From the human T2T-CHM13v2.0 reference genome, Homo sapiens, in NCBI RefSeq assembly GCF_009914755.1, contig NC_060947.1: 64,000 nt of DNA; one strand, given 5' to 3'. Made by a program: the position numbers and the translations under genes. This document shows positions 54,468 through 64,000 of the stretch, piece by piece (the first letter of the stretch is position 1; each line of letters begins with the position of its first letter). The notes beneath the pieces were generated by a model. That model did not search any database. It was not told where the DNA came from and worked only from the letters and a program-made list of their open reading frames with translations.

Positions 54468-54772
54468 CTTTTTTTTTTTTTTTTTTGGAGACAAGGTCTC
54501 ACTCTGTCACCTAGGCTGGAGTGCAGTGATGTGATCATAGCTTATGGTAGCCTCAACCCTCTGGGATCCAGTGATCCTCCCACCATTCCTCCTCAGCCTA
54601 CTGAGTAGCTGGGACTACAGGTGCATGTCGTTATGCCTGGCTAATTTTTTAATTTTTTAAAATTAGATCACACTATATTTCCCACACTAGTCTCAAACTC
54701 CCGGCCTCAAGTGATCCTCCTGCTTTAGCCTCCCATGTAGCTGGGGTTACGGGCCTTAGCCACTACACTCAT
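54468..54772 (-). mobile_element. AluJ
   Basis: Antisense dimer with poly-T. Confidence 0.9.
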
Positions 54773-55773
54773 GACTATAACTTTTAATTAAGCACTTCTT
54801 TTGCTGGATTGCATATGTTTTGGTATGTTGTGTTTTCACTTTCATGCTCCTCAAGGGAGTTTCATGATTTCACTTTTACCCATTGGTAAAATCAACCTGA
54901 AAGACACATGCATAATTTCTCTTCACAAATCATTGACAAGAATTATTCACATGGTCCTGCAAGGAGGTGTAACTACAAGGAGGCTGAGAAATGTAGGAGA
55001 GCACGTGTCATATTTGACTTTGCTACAGGCACACAATCATTTTTCCAAATCCAAATCTACTCAAGGAAAACTGTGTAAGTGCAATTTTTAATATCTAAAG
55101 ATTCACAAACCCAGAATGATCTACTTTCTTGCTCATCTAATTTAATGTTAGAAATATTCCACTGTATACTCTCTTTCTACTTGCTTGCATTTTAGACTTA
55201 TCATCTATACAATTACCTTCTATATATGTGCATGTATGTATGAACATGTGTGTATACATCTATCATACATATGCATACTGCTTTTCAAATAAGAACAAAA
55301 TAAATATCAATCAAAAAAAGAAAAGCTTCAAGAAGTAGCTAAAACAAGAAAAGTAAAGAAATGCAAGTGGCCCAAAGTAAATAAAAAATGTTCAAATTCA
55401 ATAGTAAGAAACAAAATGTAAAATTAAATTATATGCTATGTTTCCTTCATAAAATTGCCTTTAACTTGGCCTTGATCTGATCATTCTTGGCCCTTGCCAG
55501 CAGATCTCCATTCTAAATATTGAGGAGAAGAATTCGGAATATTAGCCCTAGAGTGCTTGGACCTTCCTATGCAAAATGGTATAATTCTTCGTTCAGATCA
55601 CTGAATGACAAGAATTGAAGCCATCTTTGTGAAGTCAAACAAAACACATGATTATATATTTTCCCAGGGATGAAATTATTTTTAAATTATCTTACATAAC
55701 TATAGGTATATGATGAGCACAAAGCAAGTTTGCTCCATCATTGACTTTTGTCCCAACTTTTCCTTAAATTTCA

Positions 55774-56112
<339 letters not shown>

Positions 56113-56754
56113 CTAGTTGTTTTTCTTCCTTCTCTTCATCTCTGTTTTCATTGTTGGTGACTTTTTCAAACTTTGTTAATCAGAAGCATCCATATAAATT
56201 AAGATTGAAGTCAGATTTTTATTGAAATAAAATTTATTTATTTATTTATTTTTTATTTTGTTTTACAAAATAGGGCTTTGAAATTCAAAAGAAAAGACCT
56301 GAAAACCAGGGCACTGTGTCTATAATACAGCAATAAACTTTTAAGGAAAAATACAGAAATTGGATACCATTCAAGATCGCTGAGAGATTAGCAGGGAGTC
56401 AAATGGATTGGAAGATGGGAAGGAGCAAAGACGATTTGATTTGAGAGAATTTATAGGATTGCGTGAATATAAACTAGAACTGAAAACTGAGAGCAAACAC
56501 ACAGGGATTACTTTTGGGAGAAATTTCTAGTAAGTTTAGTTCCTGTACTTTAGAGTTGTGAAAAAGCCTAATCAATGCCTGGATGCCATGCTAGTGCCTG
56601 GAGAAAATAGAAGGGAACCTGGCAAACAAAATCCTTAACCCACTTCTGAAAATACAGACATACTGTGTGAGGAAACATTCTGTTAGTTCCTGGTTTTCTG
56701 TTACATATTTCTATAATTTAGGTATTATTTTATTAACAGTGACTTTAAGATCCA

Positions 56755-56892
56755 GTGTGGCTGCCACCTATGGTCTTAGTGAGGTCCGTTTACAAGTTTC
56801 ACAGTTTATTTTATTCATGTTGATTACAATGTGAAATACAGTACCCTAAAGCTGTGTAGTACACAATCTATACAACCAAATGTGAGGGCCCT
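56755..56892. mobile_element. Possible MER91-like hAT MITE
   Basis: Minus strand cagggccctcacatttggttgtatagattgtgtactacac resembles a MER91A terminus. Confidence 0.35.
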
Positions 56893-57752
56893 GGAAACTC
56901 TCCAGACCTGGGGTCCTCTCCGAATTTCATCCAAATTAACTCATATTTAAATTCCCTTATAAATGGCCCAAAGTAATAGTAAACTCCTCAAAACAGAGTA
57001 AAATAGAGGGACAGTTGATACCAAGATAACCATTAAAAAAGTCCCAGCACTGGTATTTTATTGGCCATTTAAAGTGCTTATATATGTAGATCTGTATCCG
57101 CATCTACATCTAGGAATTTATCTCTAATTAGTATATCATCAATATCAATATACTATTCACAATTGATCACATCTGGTTATTCAAAATCAATTTGAAATGC
57201 ATTTGTACTAATCTGTTGATGATATGCATAGAAAGTAATGCTGTAAAAGTCCCCTCATATGTAATTGGTATCTCCTTTCTCTTCTTCAGAATGTCTGAAA
57301 GCTATTAAATGCAAAGTTTCTAATTAATAAATAGTTTCTGGAATGTTAGTATGAGGCAGGTTTATTTGTTTTAAAAGTGATCATAAATTAGAATAATTAA
57401 GAGCTGTAATGCATTTTGAGATATCTATGTGTTTGTTTTAAGTTTATATGTGGGTCTACTTGGAAACTAAGTGGCTATTTGTAGGATAATGTACCATCAG
57501 TAAGATGATATTTATTTAAACATAAAATAGCAAATAAGGCAAAACTCTTTTTGTGCCAGTAGATGTTGACGTTTAAGTGAAATTGCTTTCAAAAGTCAGA
57601 ATTTATTTTGATGAGAATGATTACGACGCTAGTGTTTTCAAAGATTTAAAAAAGGAGAATAGTGAACAGAACTGAAAGCAGAGGGTATCATAACATTCAA
57701 TACGTAAAGCTCTATAACTGATAACTGAAGTACACAAGGAGTTTACTACTTA

Positions 57753-57758
<6 letters not shown>

Positions 57759-57786
<28 letters not shown>

Positions 57787-58086
57787 GTATGTATTTTTTT
57801 TTTTGAGCCAGGTTCTCACTCTGTCACCTAGGCTGGAGTGCCATGGCACAATCACAGGCCACTGCAGCCTTGGCCTCCCAGGCTCAAACAGTCCTCTCAC
57901 CTCAGTCTCCAAAGTAACTGGGGACTACAGGCACACACCACATGCCCAACTAATTTTTATTTTTATTTTCTGTAGAGATGGTCACAATATGTTGCCCAGG
58001 CTAATCTTGAACTCCAGGGCTCAAGCAATGCTTCCACTTTGGCCTCCTAAAATGTTGGGATTATAGGCATGAGCCACTGAGCCTAG
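57759..58086 (-). mobile_element. AluJ with adjacent (AT)n tract
   Basis: Antisense dimer 57794-58086; (AT)n 57759-57784. Confidence 0.9.
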
Positions 58087-60169
58087 TCATTTTTTGTTTA
58101 TATATAAAAATCAAGCACTGGCCCTCTACTATGTTTTGTCAAATGATTACCTGATCTCTTAATCAGCTTTGAATATTTCATCATTCTGGAATTTGACTGA
58201 GATTAAGGAAATACTTCAAATTGTCCCTAATTTTTGGTTTCTAAAAAGAAAAGTGTTCGTAGAGAACATTTCATTGCAACAAAAAGGAATGAATTCACGG
58301 CATAGTTATTGTCCCATGTATTCGTAGAAGCTGTTTAAAAGAAAAAACAATGTACATTTTCATTTTATTTACCTTTAGAAACAGATGATATAAAAATAGT
58401 AAATAAATATCTATAAGCCTAAAGGTCCATTTGATTTGCTAATAGTAATGACGACTTTCTCCTTTGTCTGCTTGTTCTTACAGAAAGGTTAAAAAAAGTA
58501 TTGTAAATTTACAAGTAGATATTGTTTTACTAAATAGATAGAGATTTGTTACATCATAATTCAGTTCTCAGTAATATTTAGTTAAACTAGCAATGATCCA
58601 TTTTAGATTTAGAGAAAATAAAAAATAACACAAGGTGGCACGCTTTTATTGCCACAGTGTCTTGTTGGAAATCTTGCTTGCCAGAGGGTCATGTTGAGAA
58701 AAATGTTGAATGGAATTAAATAAACTTTTAGCTAACCAAATGGAATACATACAGAAATGTTTAGCATTCCATGAGTTGGTCTGTAACAGATGCTTTACAA
58801 AATTAAGTGTTTGGACACATTTTGAAATTCATGAAACACTGTAAACTTTTCACTAAATCTGAAGTTTTGACATTTGATGATGCCAAGGCTTTGTCAATAA
58901 AATTAGTTTGGCACAAACATTAAAACTGTTTTTGTTTACCATAGAACAGTAAAGATTAACAGATTTTTAATTAGCATTCAAAATTTACGTTCAACATTAA
59001 TTATTCCTTTTGGGAACAACTGTCTTTAGGCCTTTTAGAGAGCACAAGGAAGACAGTGCATATTACCCCTTAAATCTGAATTTAAAAAATATCGTTGCAT
59101 TTAATATGAGAATCTATCCCGCAGCAAATTTTTTAAAGTAAATAAGATAACAAGCCTTAGAATAATGATTCTAAAGAGTCTGTTTGCTTATACCAATGCT
59201 CTCCAATATATCTATCTAATCGCAGCTGTATTTTACACCATAGCCTGCAGTAATCATGCTCTCAGATAAGAACATTTCAACGACAAATGTGCAATAGGTA
59301 TTTGGAAATAATTAAGGATCCATCATATGGCAAGCATTTATATCAAGAAAAAATCTGAAGTAGTTTAGAATTATTTGAGTTATATTTTGTTGCCTTTGGG
59401 AGCTGTCACTTTACACATTTTGGCAGATGATCTTGTCGTCATGATAATTTTTTTCCCCAAAAAATCTTGGTTCTTTAAGTAAAGCAAGAAACATAATCTC
59501 CATATCTACCACATTGTCAAGAAAGATGCCAACCCATAGATTACTTAATTAGGTTTTACTTCCATGCGATCACCCTTTGCAACTTGCTTACTCTGTTGAA
59601 AAGATAATAATGAAGACTGAGCAGGGAAACTGTACAGGAAAACTAGAAGAAGAATGAGACCAGGGGACCGAAGAGTCTGAGAGTTGCCTAATCAGTTCCT
59701 AAATAAACAAGCATTAATCACAGTATTTCAAATAGTTGAAGCTCCATCAAATGTTCAGTTGAAATGAGGTAAAAATAGACATGCAGTTAGGCTACTGAAA
59801 ATAAAAATGTGTTTAAAGTCAAGAGTGAAGAAAAGGTAAAATTGGAAAAAAGTTGTGCACTTAGTTCAGGTTAGATAAACTTTATATCTACATGGGATAT
59901 GGAAAAATAGTCATTTTTATTTACTTATTGTAACCAATAATTTGACCCATGTTTATTAATAATTAATATAAGTGGATTAGAATTGATGAAAACCATATGA
60001 AGTGAGAGCCAGATAGGTCAATCCTAATTAACCTGGCAGCTATTTAGTATGAACTATAGAAGTATTCTCAAACTTTAGTATGTTGATTACTTTTGCAATA
60101 AAATGACCACATAAAGCTTATTCTGAGTTATCGGGAAAAGCCATAAAAGATGTTAACTGTTTTGTTAGG

Positions 60170-60511
60170 GTAGCTATCATGCAGAAACAATTGTAAGATG
60201 CTTGGCTTCTGTGAACCCATTATGCTGAAGTGCCCATGAAGAAAGACCACAGAGATTAAAAAAAATAAAAAGGTGCTGGAGGAGCATCAGCTGTTTCATC
60301 CTCCAGCTATTGTCAGCCCTTAGGTGTGACATGTAAGTGAATTAACATTTGAGATGACCCCAGTCCCAGCTACCACTTTACTGCAAACTTAAGAGAGAAT
60401 GTCCAACCAAGCTGCTTCTGAATATCTGATTCACAGAAACTCAGGAATAGTGAATATTGTTTTAAACCACTAAGCTTTAGCATGGTTTTTATGCAGTCAT
60501 AGCAACTGACA
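60170..60511 (+). mobile_element. MLT1H-like LTR fragment
   Basis: gacatgtaagtgaa...ccagtcccagctacc...cacagaaac...ttttaaaccactaag. Confidence 0.65.
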
Positions 60512-60519
60512 TCTTCTCT

Positions 60520-60690
60520 GACAACTCTATTGGATGATGTAGAAACTAGACTTTAGTTATAATGATGAAGAAACTGAGGCCTAAAAAAGATAAATCATTT
60601 GATCAAAGCCATATAGTCTCCAGCAGAGATGAAAATGGAATCCAGGTTTCCTTCACTCTAAAGCAAATTTTCTTTCTAGTACAACACAAT
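60520..60690 (-). mobile_element. MIR
   Basis: gatgaagaaactgaggc core. Confidence 0.65.
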
Positions 60691-60815
60691 GTCTTCTTTC
60701 TAGTAGAACATGCTGCTCTTCATATTTCCTTAACTTCTCACTCATACTCCATGCTCACTAGCTATAAATAAATATACAGAAGAAATAATATTTCCTTAAA
60801 AACTGCACTGCATGG

Positions 60816-63640
60816 TGCATTATTTATCTATTGCTGCACAATAAACTATTATAAAACATTAATTAAAAAGAGCAAAAAGTTATCTATATCTCCTATCATT
60901 TCTGTGGATCAAGAATTCTGGAGTGGCTTGGCAGGGGGATTCTAGCATGAGGTCTCTCATAAATTTGCAAGGTCCTGTTGGCCACAGCTGCTGTCATCTA
61001 AATGCATGGCTGAAGCAAAAGTGTATTAGTCCATTCTCACTCTGCTAATAAAGACATACCTGAGACTGTGTAATTTATAAAGGAAAGAGGCTTAATTGAC
61101 TCACAGTTCCACAAGGCTGGGGAGGCCTCAGGAAACTTACAATTATGGCAAAAGGGCAATCAAACACTTCCTTATTCACATGGCAGCAGGGAGGAGAAGT
61201 GCTGAGCAAAGGGGGAAAAGCCCCTTGTAAAACACTCAGATCTTGTGATAACTCACTATTGTGAGAACAGCATGGGCAAAACTGCCCCCATGATTCAGTT
61301 ACTTCCCACTGGGTCCTCCCACAACACATGGGGATTATGAGATTACAATTCAAGGTGAGACTTGGGTGGAGAGACAAAACCAAACCATATCATTCTGCCC
61401 TGGCCCTTCCCAAATATTGTCTTTCTCACATTTCAAGACACAATTATGCCTACCCAACAGTTCCCCAAATTCTTAACTGATTTTAGTGTTAACCTCAAAG
61501 TCCAAGTCCTAAGTCTCATCTGAGACAAGGCAAGTCCCTTTCACTTATGAGCCTGTAAAACTAAAAGCAAGTTAGTTACTTCCTAGATACAATGAAGGTA
61601 CAGACATCATGTAAATACACTTGTTCCAAATGAGAGACATTGGCCAAAACAAAGGGGCAACAGGATTCATGCAAATCTGAAATCCAACAGGGCAGTTATT
61701 AAACCTTAAAGTTCCAAAAAGATCTCCTTTGACTCTGTGCCTCACATCCAGGTCCTTTTGATGCAAGAAGTGGGTTCCCACAGCCTTGGGCATCTCCTCC
61801 CCTTTGGCTTTGCAAGGTACAGCCCCCATCTCAGCTGCTTTCATGGGCTTGCATTGAGTGCGTGTGTCTTTTCCAGGTAACAGTGCAAGCTGTTGGTGTA
61901 TCTACAATTCTGGGGCCTGGAGGACAGTGGTCTTCTTCTCACAGCTCCACTAGAGAGTGCCCCAGTGGGGACTCTGTGTGGGGGCTCCAAACTTACATTT
62001 GCCTTTTGCACTTCCCTAGCAGAGGTTCTCCATGAAGGCTCTGCCCCTGCAGCTGGCTTCTCCCTGGACATCCAGGCATTTCCATACATCCTCTGAAATC
62101 TTGTTGGAGGTTCCCCAGCCTCAATATGTGTCTTCTGTGCACACTCAGACTCAACACCACATAGAAGCCACCAATGCTTGGGGCTTGCACCCTCTGAAGC
62201 AATGGCCTGAGCTGTAGCTTGGCTCCTTTTAGCCACTGCTGGAGCAGCTGGGACACAGTGCACCAAGTCCTGAGGCTACACACAGCAGGGGAACCCTGGA
62301 CCTGGCCCAGGAAACCATTTTTCCCTCCTAGGCCTCTGGGCCTTTTATGAGAGGGGCTGCCATGAAGTCTCTTACATGCCCTGGAAAAGTTTTTCACATT
62401 GTCTTGGTTATTAGCATTTGGCTCCTTGTTACTTATGCAAATTTTTGCATCAGGCTTGCATTTCTCCCCAGAAAATGGATTTTTCTTTGTTACTGCATCA
62501 TCAGGCTGCAAATTTTCCAAACTTTTATTCTCTGTTACCTCTTGAAAGCTTTTCTGCTTAGAAATTTCTTCTGCCAGATACTCTAAATCCTCTTTCAAGT
62601 TCAAAGCTTCACAGATTTCTAGGGCAGGGGCAAAATGTCATCAGTCTCTTTGCTAAAGCATCTCAAGAGTGACATTTACTCCAGTTCCGATAAGTTCCTA
62701 ATCTCCATCTGAGACCACCTCAGCCAGGACTTCGTTGTCCATATCACTATCTGCATTTTGGTCAAAGCCATTCAAGAAGTCTATAGGAAGTTCCAAACCA
62801 TCCCACTTCTTCCTGTCTTCTGAGCCTTCCAAGTCTCTAGGAAGTTGCAAACTTTCCCACATTTTCCTGTCTTCTTCTGTGCCCTCCAAACTGTTCCAAA
62901 CTCTGCCTGTTAACCAGTTCCAAAGTTGCTTCCTCATTTTTGGGTGTCTTAATAGCAGTAGCCCACTCTCTGAGGTACCAATTTACTTTATCAGCCTGTC
63001 TCATGCTACTATAAAGAACTGTCTGAAACTGGGTAATTTATAAAGGAAAGAGGTTTAATTGACTTATAGTTCTGCAGGATTGGGGAGGCCTTAGGAAACT
63101 TACAATCATGGTGGAAGGGGAAGCAAACGCATTCTTGTTCACATGGCGGTAGGAAGGAGAGTTGCCACGAAAGGGTGGAAAAGCCCCTAATAAAACCATA
63201 GATCTCATGAAAACTCACTAACTATCATGAGAACATCATTGAGGAAATCACCTTCATGATTTGATTACCTCCAACCAGGTTCCTCCTATGACACATGGGG
63301 ATTATGGGATTACAATTCAAGATGAGATTTGGGTGGGGACAGAGATCCAAACTATATCTTAAAGGACATGCTTCCAAGGTTACTCAATTGCCTGGCTGGC
63401 AGGTTGGTGCTGACTTTGGTAGAAGGCCTCAGTCTCTCCATGTAGGCATCACAACAATATTGTTTGAATGTTCTTAGGCATGTAGGCTGGATTCCATCAG
63501 AGTGAGCTATCTAAGAGAGTGAAGCAGAATTGTCAATGTTCTTTATGACCTAGTCATGAACATCATACATCATCATATTTAAGCCCTTGAAGAGGCTGAG
63601 ACCAGCATTCAAAAGGATTTGGGGATCATAGGGGAGCAGA
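60816..63640 (-). mobile_element. MLT1-type LTR (60816-61021 and ~63365-63640) split by the THE1 provirus
   Basis: tatctattgctgc...tttctgtggatcaagaattc...ggctgaagc | ggacatgcttccaagg...ggcctcagt...ttatgacctag. Confidence 0.65.
61022..63359 (-). mobile_element. Complete THE1D-like MaLR provirus (LTRs 61022-61392 and 62987-63359)
   Basis: Two ~370-bp LTRs flank a ~1.6-kb internal region with MaLR ORF remnants; imperfect TSD AAAAG/TAAAG. Confidence 0.9.
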
Positions 63641-64000
63641 TAATGTACTCTGAGACAACAAGTCATATACCCTTATCTGCAGTTTTAGCTGTAATGCACA
63701 CAGTAGCTTAGCTTTGATGCTTAGATGACCAGATTCTGCAGTTGATTTGATTCTACAATGGGTTGAGGCTTGTCTATTTATGCTGAGGAAAAGTGAGGGA
63801 GGTAATGGATTTGAATATGGATAGCTCTGTTTCACTTTGGATCACACATGTTCATGTGGGGATGGGATGTAGGAGGTGGGGGTGGATGAGATGCTGAGGA
63901 ATGTAGAATGAAAGCAAAAGAACATGTGAAAGGGCAAAAGAAAAGACCCTGAATCCTTCTAGTACACATGGGCTCATGCCAGTGGAAAAAAAACGGGGGG

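Larger units (their letters stand above)
53480..54845 (-). mobile_element. Older L1M ORF2 fragment
   Basis: gggtgttggattt...tctattgagat...ttgcattcctgaaataaatccc...ggtagaattcacc. Confidence 0.75.

Noticed and set aside
55470-55640. Exon-like unique patch
   Set aside because: Stops in all three minus frames and weak splice signals.
61993-62604. 203-aa ORF as a domesticated gene
   Set aside because: Decayed MaLR internal ORF, separated from its upstream part (62698-62937); similar fragments occur at 47.5-48.3 kb.
62785-62900. ~54-bp tandem repeat in the MaLR internal region
   Set aside because: As I recall, it is a feature of THE1/MST internal consensus sequences rather than of this locus.

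Overview
AT-rich primate genomic DNA (AluJ/AluS/AluY, L1P/L1M, ERV1 and MaLR repeats), intergenic or deep intronic. I find no protein-coding gene: the listed ORFs are Alu, L1, MaLR or simple-repeat read-throughs or chance frames. Main landmarks: a nested ERV1 complex at 0.1-6.7 kb (MER34-like LTR > MER83/84-like provirus > two LTR8, Alu, THE1); an exact 254-bp tandem duplication at 16.7-17.2 kb; an L2 > AluJ > LTR32-like nest at 32.6-34.2 kb; an ~11.5-kb fragmented minus-strand L1PB-like element; three MaLR internal regions, one a complete THE1-like provirus at 61.0-63.4 kb. The best-supported unusual item is a 45-nt tailless U5 snRNA retrocopy with its own target-site duplication, truncated at the invariant loop 1, inside the old L1 at 35691-35735. 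I see no evidence for a new multi-component system. Subfamily names come from recalled consensus sequences and need RepeatMasker/Dfam confirmation. Boundaries without a TSD are approximate.
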